In this document: piece by piece, positions 1-9,585 of the stretch
Layout of the letters: each line of letters starts with the position of its first letter
Numbering within the stretch: position 1 is the first letter of the stretch
NCBI GenBank assembly: GCA_046328035.1
Contig: JAXLXI010000003.1
Location: 73,547-137,546 of the forward strand
Source of the DNA: Candidatus Obscuribacterales bacterium
GTDB lineage: Bacteria > Cyanobacteriota > Vampirovibrionia > Obscuribacterales > Obscuribacteraceae
Length of the DNA stretch: 64,000 nucleotides
Direction of reading: 5' to 3'
Translations under genes and position numbers: made by a program
The notes under the pieces: generated by a model
Seen by the model: only the letters and a program-made list of their open reading frames with translations
Databases searched by the model: none
What the model was told of the DNA's origin: nothing

Positions 1-1
1 C

Positions 2-3000
2 CTCGGAAAGCTCAATAGAAGGAAAGGAAACCTGCAGGCGGCGGAAAAGGCATACCGCACTCAGTTGGATTTGCTGATCAAGTCCAAAGCCACCGCCTCC
101 GAACTGGAAGATCCACTTAAGGAACTGGGCCGGGCACTGGTCGAGTTGGGACGTCTCGGAGAGGCAGAACCTTATTACAACCAGGCTTACGTGAGCATAG
201 CCAACAAAAGACAGGTGCGAAAGAACGTTTTTATTGATGTGGTCATAGAAACCCAGAGCGCAATGGCCACCAGCGTCTATAAAAGCAAGTTTGGCGGCAA
301 TGCCGACGATCTCGCTAAAACCATCGCAGACACCAAAGCCCGACTTGATCCTAATGGCGGTGTTAATTCACGTTCTCTGGCGTACGCTGATTTTTTGGAA
401 TCCGTTGGCTTTGCCTATCCAAACTTTCGCATCAAACGACAGCCCCTGATTCCGTTGCTTGAAGAAGCCATTCAGATCAGACTGCGTGTTGAAGGTCCCG
501 ATACGCCAAGAATTGCCGACGACAAATTCCAAATCGCCGTGCGTCTCGCCAATCTCGGAGGTGATTACACAGCTCCCGCTCTGGACGCATACAAGATTTG
601 GGTGAAATTGCGCGACAGACACGATGTGCGTCTCAAGTCATTTCAGCCTTCCATCCTGCGGCTTGCGTACCTGCTTGCCGGAAATGCCGAGACCAAGTCG
701 CAAGCGCTGGAAATGGCAACTTTAGCCCGCGCGAACCTTGCACCAGATTCGCCGAATGCCGGCCGCGAATGGGGCGGATTCGGACTTCTGTACGAGAATC
801 TAGGAGAATTCGGGCAGGCACGTACCGCTTATGAAAAAGCGAACCTCTGGTTTCAGGCTCACAACGATCCCACAGGCACCGCGCGCACCGCCATTGCTGA
901 TGCACGAATTTGTTATCTCGAACGCGACTACGATGTTGCTTGGCAAAAAGCAAAAGCCGCTGAAGCGATCTGTCAAAAGAACTGGGGAGTTACCCACTAT
1001 CAGGAAAACGTCGCCGGCATGATGTGCCTGGAGACACTGACGGCGATCGCCAGAGCCAGAGGAGATCTGGAAGCGGCCGAACTTTACGCGCGTATGCTGA
1101 CACTGAAAACCAAATGGCTGCAGCAAAACAGCGATATGGCACGCCACTATCTGGCGCTAGCTCAGGTGTTGAGCATGGGCAACGACAAAAGCGAAGCCAC
1201 CAGGTATGCTCAGGACGCAGTCTCAATTCTCTCGAACCTGAGAGAGAAGACCTCATACGATGAGATCGAGTTAGCTAAGGCGCACCTTCTATTGGGTGGT
1301 CTGGCGCTGGCGAAGCAAGATTATAAGCTCGCCGATGCAGAGTACAGACAGGCATTTATTCTCCACGGCACCGATAAGTCCACCGACGGAGTATTGGGAT
1401 TGGTGGCAGACTTGAATGGCATAGCTTTCACCGGCAGCAAGCTCGGCAAGAAACAAGCCGCCATTGAAAATGCGCTGCTCGCCTGCGACAAACTGGACAC
1501 CTACATCAAAACCGGGTTTCCAGAACTTTCCTTTGCTGAACAATGCGCGTTTATCAAATGTGTACGCGATGAGATCAATCCGCTGCTTTCGCTGGGCACT
1601 ACTGGCGATACTACTGCTGAACCATTCAAGTATGTCATGCGCTGGCAAGGTCTACTGATAGATGCGGTCAGGAGACAGACGAGTCTCGAGCGCAGCGGTG
1701 ATCCGCAGACCGTCGCGCAACTGCGGCAAATCAGGCAGGAGCTGTCGCAACTTTCTTCGGGCGCCGCCATGAATAATCAAGCTGCATCTACTGCGGCTGC
1801 GATCCAAACCAAGACCGAAGCGAAGGAGGCATTGGAACGTAAACTAGCTCTCAGCGCCACGGTCACCACTGCCACCACCGATCCGATGCTAACGCTGACT
1901 CCACGTGACTTTGTCAATTCACTGTCAAACGACGAAGCTCTGGTGGACGTACTGCGCTATAAAGACTTGCTCGCTAACAAACCTGCGTATTACGCTTTCG
2001 TAGTTTCGAAGAAAGCCGGTGTCAAAGGATTCCGTCTGGGAGATGCGGATGACATCGAAAAGCTGTCCGCCCAGTGGCTGCAGGCAATGGCATCCAATTC
2101 CGGCAGCACCCGTGACGTGTCGATCTTGGATGAAGATCCCAAATCAACTGAGCCGGCCAAAACTCAGATCGACCTGGATGCCGCTACCGGCACCGTCACA
2201 CAAAAACTGTGGACGCCGATAAAAGCTGCACTGCCTCCCGGCATACGCCGAGTGTGGATTTGCCCGGATTCCCAACTAGCCACTTTGCCGTGGTCCACCA
2301 TGGTGGATTCAGTGGAAAACGGACAGGTACTGACTAGCCAAATCGATAGCCCCAGGGCTTGGTGGCAGCTCAAAGCGCCACACCAGACTCCGGTCGCGCA
2401 AGACTTTCTGCTGATTGGCGGTATTCGGTTCGCCCAACAATCTCTGTTTCTTCCCGGCACCGAATCTGAAGTCGCCGACATTTCGAAACTTGCCGAGCCG
2501 GTGAAACTGCATCTGTCGAAACTGACCGGTGCTGAGCCGACAAAGAACGAAGTTTTGAGACAACTCGGGACGGCAACTTATGCGCACCTTGCTACTCACG
2601 GCTTTTTTGATCAAGGTGACGAAAAAACAATCAGTCAGCAGGCTGCACAAACTGTCGCAGATCAATTGTTGGCGTCGCAGAGAAGCTTCGTGACAGTCTC
2701 TACAGGAGAGGGCGCACTCAACACCACGGCTGTCATGTCCGCACGAAACCCGCTCGTAATGTCAGGCTTGCTCGTAGCACCAGCCCAGGGGTCCAATGTG
2801 AACGCCAACGATCGACTGACGGCCGAAGAACTGGTCGGCCAAGATCTCAGCCACTGTAACCTGGTTGTTCTATCCGCATGCAACACCGGTCGCGGCAAAG
2901 ATTACGAAGGGCAGGGTGTGATGGGGCTGCGCGCCGCACTGATCGGAGCCGGTGCACGCGGAGTGCTGATGTCTCTCTGGCCGGTTGATGATCGCGCAAC

Positions 3001-3169
3001 CAAAGAGTTGATGAAGAACTTCTACCAGAATCTTTGGAACCCAACCAATCCGATGCAACCCGTAGCCGCGTTGAGAGCCGCTCAGAACACCGTCAGGTCG
3101 GCTCCTGGTGGCAAATGGAAGCATCCCTATTATTGGGCAGGCTGGGTCTTCGACGGAGTTGGTTGGTGA
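2..3169 (+). CDS. TPR-repeat / CHAT-domain (caspase-fold) protein, 5'-partial. The reading frame is open to the window edge.
   Basis: ORF 65-3169 has no in-frame stop upstream to position 2. It has N-terminal TPR-like repeats. The C-terminal CHAT signature includes HLATHGFFD and LVVLSACNTGRGKDYEGQGVMGLRAA, which carries the His/Cys dyad context. Confidence 0.8.
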   Translation, partial: LGKLNRRKGNLQAAEKAYRTQLDLLIKSKATASELEDPLKELGRALVELGRLGEAEPYYNQAYVSIANKRQVRKNVFIDVVIETQSAMATSVYKSKFGGNADDLAKTIADTKARLDPNGGVNSRSLAYADFLESVGFAYPNFRIKRQPLIPLLEEAIQIRLRVEGPDTPRIADDKFQIAVRLANLGGDYTAPALDAYKIWVKLRDRHDVRLKSFQPSILRLAYLLAGNAETKSQALEMATLARANLAPDSPNAGREWGGFGLLYENLGEFGQARTAYEKANLWFQAHNDPTGTARTAIADARICYLERDYDVAWQKAKAAEAICQKNWGVTHYQENVAGMMCLETLTAIARARGDLEAAELYARMLTLKTKWLQQNSDMARHYLALAQVLSMGNDKSEATRYAQDAVSILSNLREKTSYDEIELAKAHLLLGGLALAKQDYKLADAEYRQAFILHGTDKSTDGVLGLVADLNGIAFTGSKLGKKQAAIENALLACDKLDTYIKTGFPELSFAEQCAFIKCVRDEINPLLSLGTTGDTTAEPFKYVMRWQGLLIDAVRRQTSLERSGDPQTVAQLRQIRQELSQLSSGAAMNNQAASTAAAIQTKTEAKEALERKLALSATVTTATTDPMLTLTPRDFVNSLSNDEALVDVLRYKDLLANKPAYYAFVVSKKAGVKGFRLGDADDIEKLSAQWLQAMASNSGSTRDVSILDEDPKSTEPAKTQIDLDAATGTVTQKLWTPIKAALPPGIRRVWICPDSQLATLPWSTMVDSVENGQVLTSQIDSPRAWWQLKAPHQTPVAQDFLLIGGIRFAQQSLFLPGTESEVADISKLAEPVKLHLSKLTGAEPTKNEVLRQLGTATYAHLATHGFFDQGDEKTISQQAAQTVADQLLASQRSFVTVSTGEGALNTTAVMSARNPLVMSGLLVAPAQGSNVNANDRLTAEELVGQDLSHCNLVVLSACNTGRGKDYEGQGVMGLRAALIGAGARGVLMSLWPVDDRATKELMKNFYQNLWNPTNPMQPVAALRAAQNTVRSAPGGKWKHPYYWAGWVFDGVGW

Positions 3170-3171
3170 CT

Positions 3172-6100
3172 ATGAAGAAACTGCTACTTCTCTTAGCGGC
3201 GGCACTATCCTGTGCCTGTCAGGTGGATGCCCAGGAATCCAGCAAGAAATTGCAGGACGCCGAAAAGTCCTGCCGAGCGCAAATCGAGCAGCTCACTAAA
3301 AATAAGGCGCCTGAGGCGCAGCTGGCGAAAGCCCTTCATGAGTTAGCGGGAATACTCGTTGAGGAGGGTCGCCCGGCAGAGGCAGAGCCCCTCTACAATC
3401 AGTACAGAGACAACGATGCACTAATTCGCAAAAACATTTTCATAGACATTGCTTTAGAAGCTCAGAACTCCGCCGCACGCGAAACTCACGAAAAAGCTTT
3501 TGGTATCGCACCCGATCTCAGCAAAGTAATGTCCGACAACGGCTCAAAAATGGATCCGAACTCGGTCCAGTACGCCCAGTTTCTGGACGATGTTGCAATT
3601 GCGTATCCATACTTCAAAAACAAGACGCAGCCGGTGATTCCAATCATTGTTCAGGCGATGCAGATCAGACAGAAGCTGGAAGGCAACGATAGCCCGTCCG
3701 TCGCTCAGGAAAAGTTTTTGATCGCACATCGACTGGCGGCGCTGGGTGGTGACTATGTTCCGCCCGCGCTGGAAGGGTATGCAATCTGGAAGAAGTTGAG
3801 CGATGCAAAAGATGCTCGCCTCAAGACACCAGCCGTTCAAGCATCGTTGGTGCGCCTGGCTTACCTCTTGTCCGGCGATGAGAGAACGCGGCAGAAGGGG
3901 GTAGAACTGGCAAATCTGGCTCTTGCCAATTTCAGCGCTCTTGCTCCCAACGGTGACTTATCCGTATCGCCTGTTAACGGTCGCGAAAAGTACGGATTGG
4001 GACTGTTGTTTGAAAATCTCGGAGACTATGCAAAGGCTGAAGCTACCTTCGCGGCGTCTCAAATTTGGTACGCAAACCACAACCAGCCGCAAGACAACAG
4101 AGTGCGAACACTGATTGCCCGAGCCAGAGTGTGTCGCCTGGAAGGTGACTATGATGTAGCTTGGTCGAGAGCCAGAGAAGCAGAAGATCTCTGCAAGAAA
4201 CTTTGGGGGCCGACCTATTATCAGGACAACATGCTCGGCATGAATTGCCTGGAGGTCCTCACGTCGGTCGCCCGATCCAAAGGCGATCTGGCAGCAGCAG
4301 AAAACTATGCGCGGCAGCTGTGTGGGAAATCGAACCTGCGATTGAGCAACAGTCAGGTAGCTAGTCATCAACTGGAACTAGCACAAGTTCTCAGCTTGTC
4401 GAACAACGCCGCTGAGGCGGCATCGGTCGCGCAAAAAGCGGTGACAATTCTCTCCAGCATCATCCAACCAACCTACACCGATCAGTCCGAACTAGCCAAA
4501 GCGCACTTGCTGCTTGCCGGGCTTGCCCTTTCCAAGCAAGACTACAAACTTGCGGACACCGAGTATAACCAGGCATTGAAACTGCATCTCAAAGACACGT
4601 CGAGCGCTGGTGTTCTTGGGCTGGTGGCGGACTACAATGGCATTGCATTCGCTAACAGCAAACTTGGTGCCCAAGCAGTTGCGAATAAAAATGTTTTGGC
4701 CGCCTGCGAGAAGCTGGACGAGTTTGTAAAGTCCGGGTTTCCGAAGCTCTCATTTGCAGGTCAGTGCGCGTTTATCAAGTGCGTAGGCGATCAGATCAAC
4801 GCGCTCCTATCATACGGCTCGGCAACTGAGTCAGCCGACAAGCGATTTGAATATGTTATGCGCTGGCAGGGTCTTTTGATCAACGCTGTCAGACAACATT
4901 CCAACCTGGAACGCAGCGGCGACCCGAACACCGTCGCCGCCCTCAGAAACATCAGGCAAGAGCTTTCAAAACTCTCCGCCGGTGGTGCCGGTCAACAATC
5001 CGATCTGATCGGCATTCAGACCCGGACAGAAATTAAAGAAATGCTCGAACGCAAACTCGCCCTCAAAAATACTGCGACCGGCGAGATCGATCCAACGCTC
5101 ACCAAAACAGCTCGCGAGTTCGCAAGCTCATTGAGCAGCGATGAAGTCGTAGTAGACATGCTCCGCTACAAAGATATGCTCACCAACAAGTCGGCATACT
5201 TCGTCTTTGCAGTTTCTAAGTCAGGTGGTGTCAAGGGATTTCGACTGGGTGATGCCGACGACATAGATAAGGTGTCAACCGATTGGCTTCACGCCATGGC
5301 TTCGAACTCTGGCACCGCCCGCGATGTCTCCATTACCGACGACGACGAGAAACCAAACTCGCCAAACGCTGCCAATGCACCCCGCGTCGATTGCACTGAG
5401 CTGGCAAATGCCGTCGGCAAGAAACTTTGGTTGCCCATCAAAGCAGCAATCCCGGCAAGCGCTCCAAAAGTGTGGATTTGCCCCGACTCAAAACTTGCGA
5501 CCCTGCCCTGGTCTGTTCTCATAGATAACAACGAAGGCGGCCGCATACGCACCTGTCAAATCGACAGTCCGCGCGCCCTGCTGCAATTGCGGGCACCTTA
5601 TAAAGCTCCTCAAGCAAAAGATCTCTTTGTGATCGGCGGCATCGAGTTTGCGCAAAAGGCACTTTTCCTTCCGGGTACAGAATCCGAAGCCAACGAAATC
5701 GCCGCGCTTGCAGAGCCAATGAAGCTTCATGTGTCGAAGTTGACTGGTCTTCAGCCGACCAAGGATGAGGTGCTCAAACACTTGAGCAGTTCCACTTATG
5801 CACACCTTGCCACGCACGGATTCTTCGATCCGGCAGACGACCGAGACAAAACGGTGCCCCTGGTGACATTGCCTGGCGACACAGTGAGGTTCTCCGGCAA
5901 AGATCAGGGCGGCATCGACACGAGAGCTGCAGCCGCCTCGCGCAATCCACTTGTCTTGTCCGGTCTTCTGGTGGCACCAATACCGGACGCACAAAAATTG
6001 GGCGGTGGCCAATTCAAATCCAACTACCTGAACATCATCGCGGGCAGCAACAACGATCGGCTTACCGCTGAGGAGTTGGTTGGCCAGGACTTGAGCCACT

Positions 6101-6414
6101 GCAATCTCGTTGTCTTGTCCGCCTGCAACACCGGTCGCGGCAAAGACTACGAAGGGCAGGGAGTGATGGGACTGCGCGCCGCATTAATCGGTGCCGGAAC
6201 GCGAGGAGTCTTGATGTCACTCTGGTCTGTCGATGACAAGGCCACAAAAGAATTGATGAAGGCGTTCTATCAAAATCTGTGGAATCCCACGAAACCGATG
6301 AAACCAGTCGACGCATTGAAGGCGGCGCAAGAGTCGGTGAAGTCAACCCCCGGTGGCAAGTGGAAGCATCCCTACTACTGGGCGGGTTGGGTCTACGACG
6401 GCGTGGGCTGGTAG
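3172..6414 (+). CDS. TPR-repeat / CHAT-domain protein with a Sec signal peptide. It is a tandem paralog of the upstream gene.
   Basis: The ATG at 3172 (M47 of the ORF) opens MKKLLLLLAAALSCACQVDAQ. The domain order is the same as gene 1 and the C-terminal roughly 120 aa are near-identical to it. Confidence 0.85.
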   Translation: MKKLLLLLAAALSCACQVDAQESSKKLQDAEKSCRAQIEQLTKNKAPEAQLAKALHELAGILVEEGRPAEAEPLYNQYRDNDALIRKNIFIDIALEAQNSAARETHEKAFGIAPDLSKVMSDNGSKMDPNSVQYAQFLDDVAIAYPYFKNKTQPVIPIIVQAMQIRQKLEGNDSPSVAQEKFLIAHRLAALGGDYVPPALEGYAIWKKLSDAKDARLKTPAVQASLVRLAYLLSGDERTRQKGVELANLALANFSALAPNGDLSVSPVNGREKYGLGLLFENLGDYAKAEATFAASQIWYANHNQPQDNRVRTLIARARVCRLEGDYDVAWSRAREAEDLCKKLWGPTYYQDNMLGMNCLEVLTSVARSKGDLAAAENYARQLCGKSNLRLSNSQVASHQLELAQVLSLSNNAAEAASVAQKAVTILSSIIQPTYTDQSELAKAHLLLAGLALSKQDYKLADTEYNQALKLHLKDTSSAGVLGLVADYNGIAFANSKLGAQAVANKNVLAACEKLDEFVKSGFPKLSFAGQCAFIKCVGDQINALLSYGSATESADKRFEYVMRWQGLLINAVRQHSNLERSGDPNTVAALRNIRQELSKLSAGGAGQQSDLIGIQTRTEIKEMLERKLALKNTATGEIDPTLTKTAREFASSLSSDEVVVDMLRYKDMLTNKSAYFVFAVSKSGGVKGFRLGDADDIDKVSTDWLHAMASNSGTARDVSITDDDEKPNSPNAANAPRVDCTELANAVGKKLWLPIKAAIPASAPKVWICPDSKLATLPWSVLIDNNEGGRIRTCQIDSPRALLQLRAPYKAPQAKDLFVIGGIEFAQKALFLPGTESEANEIAALAEPMKLHVSKLTGLQPTKDEVLKHLSSSTYAHLATHGFFDPADDRDKTVPLVTLPGDTVRFSGKDQGGIDTRAAAASRNPLVLSGLLVAPIPDAQKLGGGQFKSNYLNIIAGSNNDRLTAEELVGQDLSHCNLVVLSACNTGRGKDYEGQGVMGLRAALIGAGTRGVLMSLWSVDDKATKELMKAFYQNLWNPTKPMKPVDALKAAQESVKSTPGGKWKHPYYWAGWVYDGVGW

Positions 6415-7257
6415 TTAGCCGGAAATTCTGCGATGTCCAATAAAAACGTGCTTGCCCTGCAGGGACTCTACTAGTCCCATAAAATCGGCCAGTGTGGTTT
6501 GCGGATCTTGATCCGGATTGAGCGCGACCGCAAGTCCTGCGAGATCGCCGTAGGAGCTGTTTCCTTCCTGAGCTTTCTCAATGATCGCCGCCGCCACATG
6601 TCCCACGGACAAGAAACGAATCTCTTTGTCCTCAGGATCTCGATAAACAAGGACAATACTCGGCTCCGCCTTCACGTCTACCGGCAACTCATCCGACTCT
6701 TCTTCCAGCTTCTCGGCGATGGCGATGAGATCGAACTGATACCGCCGAATAAGCAGAGCCGGGTTGACCAGAGGTTTGAATCCCGCGAACTCCTCAGCCG
6801 ATTGCAGCAGGCACGTATCGGATTGATAATCGAATTCCGTATCATCGAAATCAATCATGTCGCTTTCGGAAAACTCGTAATCGACCAGGTCCGTCAAGTA
6901 AGGAAACTTTTCCTTCACCTGTTCGTTCAAATGTTTTTCGATGAATGTCTTGAAGTGTTCGCCGGCGCGACTGGATCTGTAGCTGGTCGGCGGGCAGATG
7001 TTGCGATAGTCTTCCACGATTTCGTCCCAGTCTTCTCCTAACAGTTTTTCCGTCAGAGGAAAAGTCATGCTCATCGTTTCGTAGTGTTTGACTTGCAAAA
7101 CTTGAACGTAGATCATCAGCCGTTCTTTATCGATTTGAGCGGCGATCTCGGGACCAATGTCCGAGAAGTCGCCTGCCAAGAATCGCTCCAATGCGTCGCG
7201 ATTGGTCCATAATTTGGTCATTGCCTTTTCGACTTCGGAGAGCGTGGTACCAGGCAT
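6415..7257 (-). CDS. DUF2063-like partner protein of the DUF692/MNIO enzyme (MbnC/BufC/HvfC-type)
   Basis: It lies 4 nt downstream of the DUF692 gene on the same strand. It is 280 aa with an N-terminal region compatible with DUF2063. The call rests mainly on the conserved gene pairing. Confidence 0.55.
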   Translation of the reverse strand: MPGTTLSEVEKAMTKLWTNRDALERFLAGDFSDIGPEIAAQIDKERLMIYVQVLQVKHYETMSMTFPLTEKLLGEDWDEIVEDYRNICPPTSYRSSRAGEHFKTFIEKHLNEQVKEKFPYLTDLVDYEFSESDMIDFDDTEFDYQSDTCLLQSAEEFAGFKPLVNPALLIRRYQFDLIAIAEKLEEESDELPVDVKAEPSIVLVYRDPEDKEIRFLSVGHVAAAIIEKAQEGNSSYGDLAGLAVALNPDQDPQTTLADFMGLVESLQGKHVFIGHRRISG

Positions 7258-7261
7258 AGTT

Positions 7262-8179
7262 TTATCCGCGTACCCGGTGTGACGTCTTCGCCTGATTCGC
7301 CTGAGACTTGCTGTCGAGCCAGCCTGGTTGTGCTGCTTTGACTACAGCTCGAATATCGTCCAGCTCTGCCAGTAACTCAGAAAACTCATCGGGAAAATGC
7401 TGATCGCGCTCGAGGAGAATCGCGTTGACTGGAACCCGTTCCATCACATACTTAAGCAGATCCAGAACCGGTCTTGGAGGTGTGGCACCATGCGTATCCA
7501 CATAGGCATCGAATTCGGGAGCATGGTGGTGACCGGCTATGTGAATTTGTACGGTGCGCTCAAGCGGAATCTGATCCATAAATTCGATAGGATCGAACTT
7601 GTGATTGAGCGAATTGACATACACATTGTTGATATCGAGCAGAAGCCCGCAATCGGCTTGCTCCAACACTTCAGAAAGAAACTGAGCTTCATCCAGCTCG
7701 CTGCCGGGCATACGCATGTAGTACGTGATGTTTTCGAGAAGAAACGGAATGTCCGTCATCTCCTGGACTTTCTTCGCGCGTGTCACGCAATGCGCAACGG
7801 CTTCGCGTGAGAACGGCAGCGGCAGCAACTCGTGCGTTTGCACGCCGCCAAAGGCGCTGAAACAAAGATGGTCGCTCCACCAAGGAGCATCGATATGCTT
7901 CAGGAGTTTCTTCAGAGACCGGATGTAGTCCTGGTCTATTTCGTCGGTGCTCCCGAGAGACAGTCCGACCCCGTGCGCGATTAGAGGGAACACCTTTAAA
8001 GCCCTGTCCAAGCGGGCTCGCGATTTTCCGCCCAGTCCCATGAATTGCTCGGAGATTATTTCCAGCCAGTCGATCTGCTCGGCGTGCTCGAAGGTTTCGT
8101 CTTCCACTTCGTTGCGCAGCCCCATGCCGACACCCAGTATCGGCAATTGCTTTTTCACATCGAGAAACTTAGACGTCAT
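7262..8179 (-). CDS. DUF692 / UPF0276 family TIM-barrel protein (MNIO, MbnB/BufB/HvfB-like)
   Basis: The N-terminal LGVGMGLR motif is typical of UPF0276. The protein is about 305 aa. The motifs HLCFS, IHIAGHHHAPEFD and DTHG provide His/Asp/Glu metal-ligand candidates. Its start overlaps the upstream stop as TAATG. Confidence 0.8.
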   Translation of the reverse strand: MTSKFLDVKKQLPILGVGMGLRNEVEDETFEHAEQIDWLEIISEQFMGLGGKSRARLDRALKVFPLIAHGVGLSLGSTDEIDQDYIRSLKKLLKHIDAPWWSDHLCFSAFGGVQTHELLPLPFSREAVAHCVTRAKKVQEMTDIPFLLENITYYMRMPGSELDEAQFLSEVLEQADCGLLLDINNVYVNSLNHKFDPIEFMDQIPLERTVQIHIAGHHHAPEFDAYVDTHGATPPRPVLDLLKYVMERVPVNAILLERDQHFPDEFSELLAELDDIRAVVKAAQPGWLDSKSQANQAKTSHRVRG

Positions 8180-9570
8180 TATTTAGCCTTGCGCTTGCTT
8201 ACGGGAAGTCCACAATCAGCGGGATTGGAATCACCGGCGTACGACCAGTCAGGTCGCACAAATTTTGTGTCGGCGCAATAAATTGCCATGCCGGCCATCG
8301 AGTCTTGCGGCTGCGCCGTCGGATTGACGTAAGTCGCTTCCAGCTCGTAATGCTTGCCCCCTATCAAAGGAATACCTTCGCTGGAACTCAGCGTGTCGAT
8401 GTGCAAAATCTGCAGCGGCTTTTCCTGCGTTCGCGCCTTGACCAAGATCACTTCTTTGCGCGCTTTACCGTTGCACTCGACCAGCGCAAATTTTTCACAA
8501 TAAGGATGCACGTGAGCCATGACCAGATGAACGCGTCTGTTCACCGCGGAGAAATCGGCATTGGCAGGCGATGTGATGGTGCTGACGGGACTTGTGTAAG
8601 TGTGAGTACCGGGTGGCACCACCCAGTGCCCGATTTGTTTGCGCCCCAGCTCATCACTGAAGATCATGCTTCGCATGCTGCTCGGTGCCGGCACGCCATC
8701 AGACATCAAAGAGCAGTCCGGGCACATGTTGTGTTCTTCCTGTGCCGCCTCCGGCGAATTGCGATCGATCACCACATTGATCACCGGGTAGTACCAGAAT
8801 AGAGCTTTGATTGGATAAACAAGTTCCGAATCGCGGACGAATGAAAGTATGCAGCGTTGTTTCACACGCCGGGGCTTGTCGCTGTCTCTATTGATTGCTT
8901 GAAAAATGAATCGCCAGGTCTCGTCGCTGGCCACCGGCAATCCATAGCCGCGAGGAAAGGTGAATTCGGTCTGCCCCTGCGAGAGGACGATGTGGCGCAT
9001 GCTTCCTGGTTGTTCGCTCTCAGGAAACACCTGGCTGCGGAAATCTAGATCGACATCAATGGTCGAGTGGCAGAAAAATTCGTCGGTAGGTAAAACCTGA
9101 TCGTTTTCGTCCAGGACTTCCAGCTTGATCGACTTCAGCCAGAGCAACTCTCTGCCTTTTGTGCGCGAGGCTTTCAGCCCGATCACACCTGCATCCGTTA
9201 CATCGGACTTCGCCCCTTTGGCACTGCCGGACATAGCAGGTGCCGGTTTTGAACAACCTTCAACGAATTGTACAAGGGCTTCTGGAATTTGAATCTGCTT
9301 CGACGCAATCAGATCGGCAATGCGCAGCGGCTCGCGCACATAGGGACCTTCCATGGATCGATATTTTTTGTGCAGGTCGAAAGGACCGATAGTAATTTCG
9401 ACGGTGCTCAGCGGTCCTTCCGTTTGCTGACTATCGCGTTGGACAGGCAGCGCTGTACTTACTAGAGAATCAAACCCTGCGCCCATTGCGGGCAACTTGA
9501 GCTGGTTGGCAAATAAACTACCAACCAGACACAACGTTGCTAGCACGGACGCAGGGCTAAATTTTCTCAT
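8179..9570 (-). CDS. Secreted 463-aa protein of unknown family, co-operonic with the MNIO genes
   Basis: The N-terminal signal peptide is MRKFSPASVLATLCLVGSLFA. It contains several Cys/His clusters, including HVHPYCEKFALVECNG and MCPDCS. I could assign no domain. It is translationally coupled to the DUF692 gene. Confidence 0.6.
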   Translation of the reverse strand: MRKFSPASVLATLCLVGSLFANQLKLPAMGAGFDSLVSTALPVQRDSQQTEGPLSTVEITIGPFDLHKKYRSMEGPYVREPLRIADLIASKQIQIPEALVQFVEGCSKPAPAMSGSAKGAKSDVTDAGVIGLKASRTKGRELLWLKSIKLEVLDENDQVLPTDEFFCHSTIDVDLDFRSQVFPESEQPGSMRHIVLSQGQTEFTFPRGYGLPVASDETWRFIFQAINRDSDKPRRVKQRCILSFVRDSELVYPIKALFWYYPVINVVIDRNSPEAAQEEHNMCPDCSLMSDGVPAPSSMRSMIFSDELGRKQIGHWVVPPGTHTYTSPVSTITSPANADFSAVNRRVHLVMAHVHPYCEKFALVECNGKARKEVILVKARTQEKPLQILHIDTLSSSEGIPLIGGKHYELEATYVNPTAQPQDSMAGMAIYCADTKFVRPDWSYAGDSNPADCGLPVSKRKAK

Positions 9571-9585
9571 TGAACCTGAGGCTGA

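Noticed and set aside
5488-6099. 203-aa minus-strand ORF
   Set aside because: It is embedded antisense in the conserved CHAT domain of gene 3172-6414. It is a GC-rich-frame artefact.
8179-9570. 463-aa protein as a DoxX/BufD-type accessory
   Set aside because: It is not a multi-TM membrane protein. It has a cleavable signal peptide and is mostly soluble.
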